This document shows positions 31,141-43,378 of a stretch of 64,000 bases of DNA, in pieces. The DNA comes from Gammaproteobacteria bacterium (GTDB lineage Bacteria > Pseudomonadota > Gammaproteobacteria > JBCCGL01), in the NCBI GenBank assembly GCA_965277715.1, contig OZ255836.1, positions 2,496,001 through 2,560,000 on the forward strand, in the 5' to 3' direction. A model generated the notes under the pieces. It worked only from the letters and a program-made list of their open reading frames with translations. It was not told the DNA's origin and did not search any database. The translations under genes were made by a program, and so were the position numbers. The first letter of the stretch is position 1. The number at the start of each line of letters is the position of its first letter.

Positions 31141-32424
31141 ATGAGTACTGAAATCAAAGTGCCAACCCTGCCCGAATCTGTCGCCGATGCGACCGTGCTT
31201 GTTTGGCACAAAGCGCCCGGCGATGCAGTGCAACGCGACGAAGTTATCGTCGACATTGAAACCGATAAAGTCGTTTTGGAAGTGCCCTCGCCAACCGCTG
31301 GCACACTGGCATCGATTGCGCAAAACGAAGGCGCCACCGTTACCGCCGATCAGTTGCTCGGTATGATCGAAGCCGGTGATGGTGCCGCAGCCACCGATAC
31401 AGTGGCGGCCAGCACTGAGCCGACTGAAACACCTAAGGATAAAGCCGGTGATGCACAAACCAGCCCGGCCGTGCGCAAACTGTTAGCCGAGCACAACCTG
31501 GATGCCAGCGCTGTCAGTGGCAGTGGTAAAAACGGGCGCATTGGCACAGAGGATGTACTGGCGCACGTTGCGTCGCTGTCAGCAGCCCCTGCGGCTGCAT
31601 CGGTGGCTGCACCGGCGACAGACACGGCGCCAGACAGTCCCGCAGCCACGACTACGAACGATTCAACGGCAATAAAATTCACTGCCCCCGCCGCCGCTGG
31701 TGGCGTTAATCTGGCCGATGAAGACCGCCCACAGCGTCGCGTTCCCATGACCCGCCTGCGCGCTCGCATCGCCGAACGCCTGATGCAGGCGACCACGCAA
31801 ACGGCAATGCTGACCACCTTTAACGAAATCAACATGAAACCGATGATTGATTTGCGCAGCGAGTTTAAACAGCGCTTTGAGCAACAGCACGGCATCAAGC
31901 TCGGCTTTATGTCACTGTTTGTCAAAGCCGCCGCCGAGGCATTGAAACGCTTCCCCGACGTCAACGCCTCCATCGATGGCAACGAGATCGTCTACCACGG
32001 TTTTTGTGACATTGGTGTCGCGGTAAGCTCAGACCGTGGCCTGGTAGTGCCGATACTGCGCAATGCCGAGTATCTATCGATGGCGCAAATAGAGGCGGGC
32101 ATTGCCGAATACGCCGCCCAGGCACGCGACGGAAAACTCTCGATTGAAGCGATGACAGGCGGCACCTTTACCATCACTAACGGCGGTGTTTTTGGTTCCA
32201 TGCTCTCCACCCCCATTTTGAATCCCCCACAGAGCGCAATTTTAGGTATGCACGCCACCCAAGACCGCGTTGTGGTTGAAAATGGCGAAATCGTTATCCG
32301 GCCAATGATGTACGTCGCGCTGTCTTACGACCACCGAATCATCGATGGCAAAGGTGCCGTCACCTTCCTGAAAACAATCAAGGGGTTAATCGAGGAGCCT
32401 GCCAGAATCCTACTGGACATTTAA
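31141..32424 (+). CDS. sucB: Dihydrolipoamide succinyltransferase E2
   Basis: Lipoyl domain ETDKV, E3-binding domain, DHRIIDG. Confidence 0.97.
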   Translation: MSTEIKVPTLPESVADATVLVWHKAPGDAVQRDEVIVDIETDKVVLEVPSPTAGTLASIAQNEGATVTADQLLGMIEAGDGAAATDTVAASTEPTETPKDKAGDAQTSPAVRKLLAEHNLDASAVSGSGKNGRIGTEDVLAHVASLSAAPAAASVAAPATDTAPDSPAATTTNDSTAIKFTAPAAAGGVNLADEDRPQRRVPMTRLRARIAERLMQATTQTAMLTTFNEINMKPMIDLRSEFKQRFEQQHGIKLGFMSLFVKAAAEALKRFPDVNASIDGNEIVYHGFCDIGVAVSSDRGLVVPILRNAEYLSMAQIEAGIAEYAAQARDGKLSIEAMTGGTFTITNGGVFGSMLSTPILNPPQSAILGMHATQDRVVVENGEIVIRPMMYVALSYDHRIIDGKGAVTFLKTIKGLIEEPARILLDI

Positions 32425-32599
32425 TGATCGACCATTGAGGGTGCCGGAAAACATTGCGCACGCAACCGGACACCCTCTTTCACACCCGGTGCTCAACTCA
32501 GCCTTATTGAGCTGGGCACGGGAATATGCGTCGCTGCCCTGTTTCAGGTACGCGCTGAAACAGACGCCATCACCCGGTGCTTTTGCACCGATGACGTAG

Positions 32600-34063
<1,464 letters not shown>

Positions 34064-34095
34064 CCGACTCTAGACAACACCCTGGAAATGAGCTT

Positions 34096-35265
34096 ATGAA
34101 CCTACACGAATATCAATCGAAGTCCCTGTTTCGCGACTACGGTATCCCCGTACCGAATGGCAAGGTAGCGTTCTCACCAGACGAAGCGGTCTCGGCGGCG
34201 CACACGCTGAACGGTGAACGCTGGATCGTTAAGGCACAAGTCCACGCGGGTGGGCGCGGCAAAGCGGGGGGTGTAAAAATGGCCGATACCGCCGCCCAGG
34301 CCGGTGATATTGCCAAATCGATGCTGGGCACAAACCTGGTCACCTTCCAAACCGATGCCAATGGCCAACCGATCAATCGCATACTGGTGGAAGAAACCTG
34401 TGACATCGCCAACGAACTGTACCTCGGTGCAGTGCTCGACCGCGCACAGCGCCGGGTCGTGATCATGGCCTCCACCGAAGGCGGCGTTGAAATCGAAAAA
34501 GTCGCCCACGAAACCCCAGAGAAGATTTTGAAAGCCACCATCGACCCGTTAGTGGGTGTTATGCCCTACCAGTGCCGCGAGCTGGCCTTTGGCCTGGGCC
34601 TGAGTGGTAATCAAATCAAACAATTCTCAAAACTGTTGATGGGGCTGGGCAAACTGTTCATCGAAAAAGACCTGGCGCTGGTCGAAGTCAACCCGCTGGT
34701 GATTACCGGCAGCGGTGACCTGCTGTGCCTGGACGGCAAAATCAACATCGACAGCAACGCCCTGTTCCGCCACCCGGAACTGATCGAAATGCGCGATAAA
34801 AGCCAAGAGGACGAACGCGAAAACCGTGCGGCGGAATGGGATCTCAACTACGTGGCACTGGACGGCGAAATCGGCTGCATGGTCAACGGCGCCGGGTTGG
34901 CCATGGCGACCATGGACATCATCAAACTCAACGGCGGGGACCCGGCCAACTTCCTCGACGTGGGCGGCGGCGCCACCACAGAGCGCGTCGCCGAGGCGCT
35001 GAAAATCATCCTCTCTGACAACAAAGTAAAGGGCATTCTGGTGAACATCTTTGGCGGCATCGTGCGCTGTGACCTGATTGCCGAAGGCATTATCGCGGCG
35101 GTCGCCGAAGTCAATATTGCCGTGCCCATCGTCGTGCGACTGGAGGGCACAAAAGCACCCGAGGGCACCGACATTCTAAACAACAGTGATTTAAACCTGA
35201 TCGCCGCGCAAGACCTCGGCGAAGCTGCCGCAAAAATTGTCGCCGCCGTAGGAGAAGTGAAATGA
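34096..35265 (+). CDS. sucC: Succinyl-CoA synthetase beta subunit
   Basis: [43 protein letters not shown]. Confidence 0.98.
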   Translation: MNLHEYQSKSLFRDYGIPVPNGKVAFSPDEAVSAAHTLNGERWIVKAQVHAGGRGKAGGVKMADTAAQAGDIAKSMLGTNLVTFQTDANGQPINRILVEETCDIANELYLGAVLDRAQRRVVIMASTEGGVEIEKVAHETPEKILKATIDPLVGVMPYQCRELAFGLGLSGNQIKQFSKLLMGLGKLFIEKDLALVEVNPLVITGSGDLLCLDGKINIDSNALFRHPELIEMRDKSQEDERENRAAEWDLNYVALDGEIGCMVNGAGLAMATMDIIKLNGGDPANFLDVGGGATTERVAEALKIILSDNKVKGILVNIFGGIVRCDLIAEGIIAAVAEVNIAVPIVVRLEGTKAPEGTDILNNSDLNLIAAQDLGEAAAKIVAAVGEVK

Positions 35266-36134
35266 GCGTACTCGTCGATAAAAACACCAAAGTTATCTGC
35301 CAGGGTTTTACTGGCAAACAAGGCACCTTTCACTGCGAACAGGCGATTGCCTACGGCACCCAAATGGTGGGTGGCGTCACCCCAGGCAAGGGCGGACAAA
35401 GCCACCTGGGCCTGCCGGTATTCAACACCGTGCGCGATGCGGTAACCACGACCGGCGCGGATGCCAGCGTCATCTACGTACCGGCACCGTTTTGCAAAGA
35501 CTCGATCATCGAGGCCGCCGAAGCGGGCGTTGCCCTGATTGTTTGCATCACCGAAGGTATCCCCACACTGGACATGCTGGAGGCAAAAATCGCCGTAGAG
35601 CAAAGCGGGGCACGGCTTATCGGTCCCAACTGCCCAGGCATCATCACCCCGGACGAATGCAAAATCGGCATCATGCCCGGCGCTATCCACCAGGCGGGTA
35701 AAGTCGGCGTAGTATCCCGCTCGGGCACCTTGACTTACGAATGTGTCAAACAAACCAGCGATTTGCACTATGGGCAGAGCACCTGTATTGGCATCGGCGG
35801 TGACCCCATTCCCGGTACCAACTTTATCGACGCACTGACCCTATTTGAGGCTGATCCATCGACCCAGGCCATTTTGATGGTGGGTGAAATTGGCGGCACG
35901 GCGGAGGAGGAGGCGGCGGAATTTATCCAGAGTAATGTGAGCAAACCGGTGGTGTCTTATATTGCCGGTGTCACCGCGCCCAAAGGTAAGCGAATGGGTC
36001 ATGCCGGTGCGATTATTGCCGGTGGCAAAGGCACGGCAGCGGAGAAATTTGCGGCACTGGAAAAAGCCGGTGTACACACCGTCAGGTCACCAGCGGAGCT
36101 GGGCAAGGGTGTGCAACAGACTACGGGGTGGTAA
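35262..36134 (+). CDS. sucD: Succinyl-CoA synthetase alpha subunit
   Basis: [33 protein letters not shown]. Confidence 0.98.
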   Translation: MSVLVDKNTKVICQGFTGKQGTFHCEQAIAYGTQMVGGVTPGKGGQSHLGLPVFNTVRDAVTTTGADASVIYVPAPFCKDSIIEAAEAGVALIVCITEGIPTLDMLEAKIAVEQSGARLIGPNCPGIITPDECKIGIMPGAIHQAGKVGVVSRSGTLTYECVKQTSDLHYGQSTCIGIGGDPIPGTNFIDALTLFEADPSTQAILMVGEIGGTAEEEAAEFIQSNVSKPVVSYIAGVTAPKGKRMGHAGAIIAGGKGTAAEKFAALEKAGVHTVRSPAELGKGVQQTTGW

Positions 36135-36150
36135 ACCGTGTGAATCTCAT

Positions 36151-36178
36151 GTGTTCCCCCTCGTTATGAGGGGAACAC
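36151..36178 (+). terminator. Hairpin after sucD (probable terminator)
   Basis: GTGTTCCCCCTC-GTTAT-GAGGGGAACAC stem; weak U-tail. Confidence 0.5.
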
Positions 36179-36209
36179 TGAATCTAAAGCGCTTTTACCA
36201 GCATTTCAG

Positions 36210-36325
36210 CTTCAGCCCCTTAGACGCCCCCGCTACGATTCAACTGCGGAATTTAGGTTAAACGAGACCTTGCTAAGATTGAAGCTAAGGTTACTCTGAC
36301 TCAGTGGATGCTGGGGTTGGTGATT
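36210..36325 (+). repeat. 116-bp direct repeat, left copy (right copy 51602-51717)
   Basis: Base-by-base alignment shows 2 mismatches. The 3' half translates as RDLAKIEAKVTLTQWMLGLVI (DUF1640-like C-terminus). Confidence 0.9.
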
Positions 36326-36349
36326 GCAGTTGAGGTTGTACCATTTTCC

Positions 36350-36800
36350 AGGCAGAGGTTAATCAACTCCATCCGTCTAATGCCGGTGCTATACAGCACT
36401 TCCAGTATTGCCCGGTCGCGGATACCTTCCATTGTCTGAGTATCGGGCTGGGCCAGCACATGCTCGGCTTCTGCGGCGGTTAATGTCGCTTTGGGTAAAC
36501 GCCTGCCAATCTTGGATAATTCCAGCTCTGAAGCCGGATTATAGAGCAGGTAATTTTGTCTCATCGCCCACTTAAAGAAGCTGCGTAATGGGATCAGTCG
36601 CGTGACCTGGTTACGGGCTGTCAGCGGCTTGCCAGTTCTATCCAGCGTATGGTGTAGATGTTTGCGATACCGCTCCAGGATCCAGGATCGGCTTGGTGAT
36701 GTCGTTAGCGCGGGTCAGTGATCGCAGTTCACACCAGTCGGCGAAGTTTGTCAGGGCAGCTTTGTGCTGACCGATGGTACGCGGCGAATAGTGCATGGCC
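36350..36800 (-). pseudogene. XerC/D-like tyrosine recombinase fragment
   Basis: YSPRT...FADWC, FFKW......LLYNPASEL, RDRAILEVLYSTGIRRMEL. A 7-bp duplication (CCAGGAT x2, 36675-36688) shifts the frame, and the C-terminal H-x-x-R/Y half is absent. Confidence 0.85.
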
Positions 36801-36820
36801 TAGCGGTGTTCCATAAGACC

Positions 36821-36934
36821 ATGCCCTGGATTCAGATGCGCGGCCAGTGGCTGGAACAGATCGGGTTTAGTATTGATACACCGATTACCGTTAGGGCAAT
36901 GGATGGGTGTTTGGTGCTGACTGCTGAACAGTAG
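36821..36934 (+). pseudogene. SymE-family type I toxin, C-terminal part
   Basis: Manual translation MPWIQMRGQWLEQIGFSIDTPITVRAMDGCLVLTAEQ matches the SymE G.WL...GF......V....GCLVLT pattern. Confidence 0.8.
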
Positions 36935-36945
36935 CCCTAAAGACA

Positions 36946-36967
36946 AAACCCCGCTAATGCGGGGTCC
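36946..36967. terminator. Hairpin terminator between convergent genes
   Basis: AAAACCCCGC-TAAT-GCGGGGT. Confidence 0.6.
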
Positions 36968-36985
36968 GTTCACTCAAAAAAGCTA

Positions 36986-37549
36986 TCACTTTTCTCCTAG
37001 AGACTTTCTTTCTTCAATTAGCTTAGCCACCACTGTGTGATATTCGGAGAGCCTACCCTCCAGAACAACCGCAGAAAAACTCTTAAAACGGTCATTGTAT
37101 ATATACTGATATGCACCTCCACACATGACCGAAACAACATCATTGCCAACAACGGAAACAACTGGGCCTTTACCGTCACTGATGAAGAAGGCTATTCCAT
37201 TATTTCCTTCTTCACAGGAATAGATACCAGCCAGCAATGAAAGTGTTAACTCGGATCGTTTTATGTAATGACTAGCTTTTTCTATATCTCCCATCAATAA
37301 ATAAGCATGTGCAATTCGAGCATTTAGTCGATAATTCGGTGATTCATGAAACTTAACTGCCGATGCATCTAAATATTGATCAACCGCTTTTTTATATAAG
37401 CCAACTCGAAAATACTTCTCCCCTAAACATACGAGACTATTATATTCTTCTTGATGCTCAATAAGCTCCACAGCATCACAGTCAGGAACCACTGCAGTAC
37501 TATAACCAGGCAATATCAATACAGATAAAATCAGTAAATAACGAACCAT
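36986..37549 (-). CDS. Exported TPR-like protein, candidate immunity protein
   Basis: AGGAGG RBS, signal peptide MVRYLLILSVLILPGYSTA, LGEKYF..G.Y.KA...Y / AYLLMGDIEKA TPR-like helices. Confidence 0.65.
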   Translation of the reverse strand: MVRYLLILSVLILPGYSTAVVPDCDAVELIEHQEEYNSLVCLGEKYFRVGLYKKAVDQYLDASAVKFHESPNYRLNARIAHAYLLMGDIEKASHYIKRSELTLSLLAGIYSCEEGNNGIAFFISDGKGPVVSVVGNDVVSVMCGGAYQYIYNDRFKSFSAVVLEGRLSEYHTVVAKLIEERKSLGEK

Positions 37550-37562
37550 AAAACCTCCTGCT

Positions 37563-38020
37563 TTATGGAGATGGAATCAGTGTTGTTGGATCAACATTAG
37601 TAGCGCCTGTATTCCAAGGACTAGCTGTTCCGTTATTCACCCAAATATCAACGTGAACATGCTCAGTTATACCGGGGTATCTAGTTCCAAGTTGCCGATA
37701 CGTACCTAAACTCTGTCCTGCTGATACAGTAGAACCTGGCGCAATACCATTGGCCGGATCAACGTAAAGCTGCCTCACTACATGGCCATCGGTGGTTTCA
37801 ATAGCAATGTATCTGTAAGACAAATCGTCGCTATATGGATAGCCAACTTTGGTCACTGTCCCCTCTGCAGCTGCTACAACATCTTGACCTGGTGTCGCAA
37901 TATAATCAGCACCGGCATGGCTCCGTGCTCCACCGTCTCGACTAGCACCGTAGTTACCACACCCTAGACCTGGCCTATCACAACCACGGACTTTTCCACC
38001 TGTCGGATTTACCCATTTCC
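37563..38020 (-). CDS. M23 peptidase domain (LECT2-like), probably an orphaned toxin C-terminus
   Basis: RGCD...GCGNYGASR, HAGAD (HxxxD), HVH (HxH). No signal peptide or convincing start. Confidence 0.72.
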
Positions 38021-38374
38021 CCTTTTGTGCAAACGCACGCACCCGAGGCACATCGTAACTTAGCTACCCGCTTTTCCCAACGCGATCAACGATTTAAAGA
38101 GCTTGCGACCAGACGCTTTTTCTCATCTCCAGTAAAAAACTCCCGACGCGCTTTTTTGTTTAAACAGCACGTCGCCCAGTGCCCACTTTACTCCTTAGCC
38201 ATCGGTTCAAGCAAGCGGTTAAATGCCGCGACAGACTTTCTTCCTTAGCCGCTGTTTTTGCTTTTCAAGGGGGCAACCAGGGCAAGCGGGCACGAGCAAG
38301 GAGCGTTAGCGACTGCGAGCTACTTTGTCCTGACTGCCGGGTGGGCGGGGACAATAAACGTGCGAAGCACACCT

Positions 38375-38969
38375 TGATGAGCGTCACATAGTCATGCCCT
38401 TTACGGTGGGACTTCTCATCAATACCCAGGTACTCAATTGTCACCAATTCCCGACGCGAAAGTCCCCGTTCGACAGCGCGGGCTTTGATGGCTTCCACTG
38501 CGTTCCAGCTAAGTCCCAGTAACTTACGCGCCTCTTCGACGCTACGTGAGGCTTGCAACACCCTGATAGAAAATAATTCAAACAACAACGTAAAACGATT
38601 GCGCTTGCTTGCCCAGGGTAACGCCATACTTTTAACACCATGCTCCAGACAATTTACTCGGGGAATAAGACTGTGTAGGCGCGTTTCAAACTGCATAGTA
38701 TCCAGGTGTCTCCAGGATCGCTCTTGTGAGCGGTGATCATAGAACGGACTCACTTCGCCACAGTGCGAGCAAGGGCCGTGGTTGCCGCTAAACGCCAACG
38801 AAATGGATACTTTTAACCCTGAAGGGTCTAAATCAACTGATGTCACTGACCAGTCATCTGTCAGGCCCAGGAGCTGGCTGTAGTGTTCTTCAAGGCTCGA
38901 TAGCACCGGAGTCTCTCAATAGCAAAGGGGGATGAAATACTATAACCTCACACAAACCGGGGAAGAACC
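38375..38969 (-). mobile_element. Truncated ISL3-family element (left end plus transposase N-terminus)
   Basis: Terminus GGTTCTTCCCCGG on the minus strand at 38969; zf-ISL3 CSHCG..WRHLD..C.EHG and LGIDE; similarity ends after GHDYVT. Confidence 0.88.
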
Positions 38970-39115
38970 TGCTGGATTAGTGGGGCATGGTTCAACCAGA
39001 AGGGGGCGTATAACGCCGGATTTTAGAGTCGCGCCATTTTTTGAGCATGTTAAGTTAAATGTAATGGGTTATTGAAGAGAAATGAGTTGTCCATAGCAAA
39101 GGTAAAAGTATTTTT
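38970..39115 (+). repeat. ~150-bp direct repeat, copy 1 (copy 2 at 40732-40880)
   Basis: Near-identical sequence TGCTGGATTAGTGGGGCATGG...GGTAAAAGTATTTTT; differs mainly in T-run lengths. Confidence 0.9.
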
Positions 39116-39187
39116 TATAAATGCAATTAGCGTATTTTGTAACCTGATATAGAGTTTTGGACAATGAGGGGAATTTAGGGTGTTTCA

Positions 39188-40189
39188 ATGAAAATAAATA
39201 AATTGTTTGTGATTGATGTGGCGTTAGCGATAGTGCCTATTTTTTTAATTGGAATGTTAGTATATTTCATTTCTTTTAGTATCCCATTGTTGGCTGATGA
39301 CTCTTTGATAGGGTGCGAAAAACGGTTTGAAGGCTATATAAATTTAAATAAAGAAGATAAAGTGAAAGTTATGGCGGTGCAGAATTTTATTCTGACAGAA
39401 ATAGTTGAAAATGGCTTTTTGTGTGCGAAGCATATAGCTGAAAAAAATAAAACTGAAGGATATAAAGACTATTTTGTTGCGTTAGCCTATTATTTTGATT
39501 ATGGAGATAAAAAATCTTATAAAAAAGTTTATAGTTCGCTAGAAAAATTTAACCGTGTTTGTGACTACCTGAAGTTAAAAAATACAGGAAAAACGAACGA
39601 TTGTTCGGTATCACACTTAATGGCATCTTTTGTTAGTTATGAAATGGAGAATGGTTACTATGAGTATTTGAGTGGCAAGGAGCAACTAAGTTCAGTATAT
39701 GGAAATTTTTCCATATCGGGAATATATTTTCCAAATGCAGAAGTATCTAAAAATATAAAATACAATTTTTTAAATAGTGAGATAATTGATAAAAAAAGAA
39801 AATTAGATTTTTTTTCGAAAGTACAAAAAATTAGCTACCTTTTCTCTTATGAGATACTTAAAGCGCTTCCTTTGCGCGAGGGAAAAGATAAGGAAATATT
39901 TTTGTTAGGAAAAAACATTGGAACGACAAAAATCAACCACTCTTTATTGGGAGATATTAATTCATTAAGGGGTGAGCTAAAACAGCAAATTGATATTATT
40001 TTTTATTTAAAAGGTAATAAAGAAAAACTTTCGTCTTCCGAGTTTTATTGCCGTTCCAGATTGTTTGTTATGGATCTAATAAATTCAGAGAGTTTTTCTA
40101 TAAATAAATATAAAAATATATATGATAATTGTATAAAGCATACAGATAATATTTTTGATAAAAAGAACTCTAGAGAGTTTTATATGTAA
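39188..40189 (+). CDS. AT-rich hypothetical protein with N-terminal TM/signal
   Basis: 333-aa ORF in very AT-rich DNA; hydrophobic N-terminus. Confidence 0.7.
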   Translation: MKINKLFVIDVALAIVPIFLIGMLVYFISFSIPLLADDSLIGCEKRFEGYINLNKEDKVKVMAVQNFILTEIVENGFLCAKHIAEKNKTEGYKDYFVALAYYFDYGDKKSYKKVYSSLEKFNRVCDYLKLKNTGKTNDCSVSHLMASFVSYEMENGYYEYLSGKEQLSSVYGNFSISGIYFPNAEVSKNIKYNFLNSEIIDKKRKLDFFSKVQKISYLFSYEILKALPLREGKDKEIFLLGKNIGTTKINHSLLGDINSLRGELKQQIDIIFYLKGNKEKLSSSEFYCRSRLFVMDLINSESFSINKYKNIYDNCIKHTDNIFDKKNSREFYM

Positions 40190-40411
40190 AAGGTTTAATT
40201 GTCGGGTGTAAGTGGAAAAATAATTTCAAGATTAAGTTGGCGGGCATATTCTCATGAGTTTTGTAAATACAAATGAAACAGAAGGTAATAAATCTGAAGA
40301 TGTTGGTGGCCAAAAAAACGAGCCTGCTGACTTTAACCACAGTTTCGCAGTAGAAGCATTCGATAGTAGATTTAGCGAATTCGGAGAAATTCGTGGCACA
40401 TTTAGTCATGT

Positions 40412-40840
40412 TTGATGCGAGGTGTTAACGAAACAGCGATAGAACGCTTGTTGGCACTTATACGACAACTGAAGCCGCGCCATGCGATGCTAGGGTTTAA
40501 AAATGTAGGTGCGTTGGGTCGGTACGATACGCAGGCCGAGCAGTGCAATTTTTCGTTGGCTGAAATGCAGGGGTTATTAGCACGGGCGATTGGCCGTAGC
40601 GTCGAAGAGTTGAATCAATTTGACAATGCGAGGTTGACAGGAGAGTTTAAGGCACGTTTATATCCAATCGACTTGCAATCGAGGCCTGGGTCAGGGATTT
40701 GGGTGAGGCTGACGGATTGGCGGGTGGACACTGCTGGATTAGTGGGGCATGGTTCAACCAGAAGGGGGTGTATAACGCCGGATTTTAGAGTCGCGCCATT
40801 TTTTTGAGCATGTTTTAAGTTAAATGTAATGGGTTATTGA
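40412..40840 (+). pseudogene. C-terminal fragment of a probable radical-SAM (MoaA-like) protein
   Basis: MRGVNE..I..L, F.NVG.LGRY. Repeat copy 1 preserves the intact end RRGRITPDFRVAPFFEHVKLNVMGY*. No CxxxCxxC in the window. Confidence 0.45.
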
Positions 40841-41013
40841 AGAGAAATGAGTTGCCCATAGCAAGGGTAAAAGTATTTTTAATAGCATTTTTTTATTGAA
40901 GTGTTTGATGCGATGCATGATTTACCCGAGAGGATATCGCAACAATCTAGGAAAAGCCACTTATTTGTGAGTGAAATCAATTGTTTTTTTATGTATATGT
41001 AGGAATTCATGTG

Positions 41014-41871
41014 ATGAAATTAGCTAGAAAATTGAGTTTTTCAAGCAACCTTATTCTTGTTTTGATAGGGAAAAAAGTCATATTGCTTGCTGGCATACTG
41101 TCTTTATTTGGTTGCACGATGGCCAGTAACCAAACTGGATTTCTAAAACACCATTCGACGTTCTCTCCTATAAAAGGTGTTGAATACGAGAAAAGGCCGG
41201 ATATTGTTTTTGATAATCCAGAAAATTCAACGATTATTATTTATTCTCACGGAACGACCAGTTCTTTGAACAAAGAAGATTGTTCTAAATCTGTAAATAA
41301 TGTTCCAGATTCTATTCTTGCTTTAGAAGAAGAGTTGGAAACATATGTGTTTTATCTATGCTCAGATATTGGTGGACCAGGAGCACCAGGTTCTTATGTT
41401 GTGAAACGTTCTTATGAAATTAAGAAAACTATAGAAAACTTTCTTTCCCTAGGAGTTAAACCAAAAAATATATTTATTGCAGGTCAGTCAGCGGGTGGAT
41501 GGTCTTCCTTGTTATTAATGGATTATGTCGATGTATTGTTTAATGCTGCTATTGTTACAGCGCCCGCAATGGCAGGAAAGCGAAAAACAAGAGATTTGAG
41601 ATGGTCGCAAGCGAGAAGCCGTCAAATAAAAAGAATGATGGACTACAAAAAGATAGATTCTCTTGTCTTTGCTTATTATGGAGACCCGTATGAACAGCCT
41701 GAAGATTTGCAATTTTTGACTGATAGTTTTCCTGAAACGGTAAAAATGATTGCTTATAGTTGTGGATATGGTGATGCACATGGTACGGCGCAATACGATT
41801 GTCTTGAATATAAAACCATTAAAATTATAAAAGAGTACATTAATCAACAAAGAAACAGTTTTCCGAGTTGA
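41014..41871 (+). CDS. Alpha/beta-hydrolase lipoprotein
   Basis: Lipobox LSLFGC, YSHGT oxyanion region, GQSAGG nucleophile elbow, later D and H. Start uncertain. Confidence 0.78.
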   Translation: MKLARKLSFSSNLILVLIGKKVILLAGILSLFGCTMASNQTGFLKHHSTFSPIKGVEYEKRPDIVFDNPENSTIIIYSHGTTSSLNKEDCSKSVNNVPDSILALEEELETYVFYLCSDIGGPGAPGSYVVKRSYEIKKTIENFLSLGVKPKNIFIAGQSAGGWSSLLLMDYVDVLFNAAIVTAPAMAGKRKTRDLRWSQARSRQIKRMMDYKKIDSLVFAYYGDPYEQPEDLQFLTDSFPETVKMIAYSCGYGDAHGTAQYDCLEYKTIKIIKEYINQQRNSFPS

Positions 41872-41969
41872 TATCAAGAATTAAATAAGATTTTTCTATA
41901 GAAAAATATAAAAAATTACAATAATCATAAATTTATCAAATATTTTCTCTTGTTAACTGGAGGTATTTA

Positions 41970-42161
41970 GTGGAAATTCTTTATTTTATTATAGTGTTGG
42001 TCTCGATCTCTATATATGTTTACAAATATATCGTTTCCCGAGAGAGTCACAAATCTAAGCTATCGTATTTTAAAATAGAAGCATTTGTCTCCAAGATATT
42101 TATCATAGTGTTTGTGCTAGTATTGGCTGTAATTATTATTAATAATAGATGGAGTCTTTAG
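41970..42161 (+). CDS. Small 2-TM hypothetical protein
   Basis: GGAGG RBS before GTG; two hydrophobic helices. Confidence 0.6.
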   Translation: MEILYFIIVLVSISIYVYKYIVSRESHKSKLSYFKIEAFVSKIFIIVFVLVLAVIIINNRWSL

Positions 42162-42299
42162 TTATGTCTGACAATCTAGATTCTGTTCGTACCTCCGAAT
42201 ATATTGAAGCTTCGGAAAGTGATACAACTTTCTTTGAAACCATCCGTGACATATATGATCAAGTCGATGAAATTACAACCTTATTGTTGAGGTAGACTC

Positions 42300-43376
42300 A
42301 TGTTGAAACAGGTTATTTTTACTATACACCTCATATTCTCTATGATACCAGGGTATGGTTTGTGTGTAGAAAAAAATTCAGAAGATAAATTAAATTTAGC
42401 TATTGATGCTTGGCTAAGTAACAATGATGAGGTGGCTATTCCAAGTTTAGCAAATTTAGCCAACGCTGGTAACGAAAGTGCGATGCTGCTGCTTTCTCAA
42501 ATAGAAAAAATACCGGGTAGACCATCTAGCTTCATTGCATCGTTAAATCGAAATGATAGAATAAAGTTATTTAGAGTTCCAGGAGGCATATCGGGCACGC
42601 CCTGGTTAAAGAAAGTTAAGAAAAAAAAAGAACTCGCACAAGCAATTATGCAAAAAAATATGATTCATGAGAGATTTAATGGGGTGAGAAAACTGTTAGA
42701 GTTAGGGGAGACAGGAGAAGCTATAAAAGGAATTATAGTTCTACCATATTATGGTCGTTATGACGAAATAGTATCACTAGGAACAGTAGAAAATTTTCCA
42801 AAAGAATTAGAATTTTTATTGTGGGAATCTGCGGTGCATGAGCTATCAAAATCTAAGGGGGATCAGTACATCTATAATAAAAAGCTAATAAACAAAGGGA
42901 AAGAAACTCTAAAATCAGGGAAAATGCAAGGTTTTATTTTTCTTTACTCGATTAGGGGGTTTTTATCAGATGAATCGCCAATGCGTGATGTTATAAATAT
43001 TGGTGAGTTAGCTTATCAAGGTATACTTAGTCAATCTTATTACGATTTCCCAGAGAGCGAAAGAAAAAAATACAATGAAAAAATTTCCGATCTTTTGCTT
43101 AACACCTCTGAAGTTACTCCATTAAGAAACTTATGTAAAGAAAAGTGCAAAAAATACGAAAAAAAATGCTTGATTTTTCTATTTAATGCTATAGGTGGTT
43201 ATTATGGTTTAATGCATATTCAATCACCTTTAAATAGCATTGTGTCCAGGGACAAATATTTTAATAGCGATCGATTTCAATGGGAATTGGGTGCGAAAAC
43301 TAATTCTAAAGCAGTGGATGAACTAAAAAAAGAATTGGAAATAAATGAAAATTGTGTATTAGATATTATTAGATAA
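42300..43376 (+). CDS. Exported hypothetical protein
   Basis: 358-aa ORF with GAGG RBS and signal-like N-terminus; AWL..ND..A...L..LA..GN..A helical motif. Confidence 0.7.
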   Translation: MLKQVIFTIHLIFSMIPGYGLCVEKNSEDKLNLAIDAWLSNNDEVAIPSLANLANAGNESAMLLLSQIEKIPGRPSSFIASLNRNDRIKLFRVPGGISGTPWLKKVKKKKELAQAIMQKNMIHERFNGVRKLLELGETGEAIKGIIVLPYYGRYDEIVSLGTVENFPKELEFLLWESAVHELSKSKGDQYIYNKKLINKGKETLKSGKMQGFIFLYSIRGFLSDESPMRDVINIGELAYQGILSQSYYDFPESERKKYNEKISDLLLNTSEVTPLRNLCKEKCKKYEKKCLIFLFNAIGGYYGLMHIQSPLNSIVSRDKYFNSDRFQWELGAKTNSKAVDELKKELEINENCVLDIIR

Positions 43377-43378
43377 AT

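Noticed and set aside
34848-35768. Long antisense ORFs (306 aa here; also 31350-31982, 6759-7289, 60729-61223 and others)
   Set aside because: Shadow frames opposite well-conserved GC-rich genes, with no recognisable motifs.
36151-36178. GTGTTCCCC...GGGGAACAC resembles a type I-E CRISPR repeat
   Set aside because: Single copy with no spacers; a simple hairpin right after the sucD stop fits a terminator.
36210-36800. 116-bp direct repeat as the att site of the adjacent tyrosine recombinase
   Set aside because: The recombinase is frameshifted and truncated at the repeat-associated remnant, and half of the repeat occurs independently at 8362-8429.
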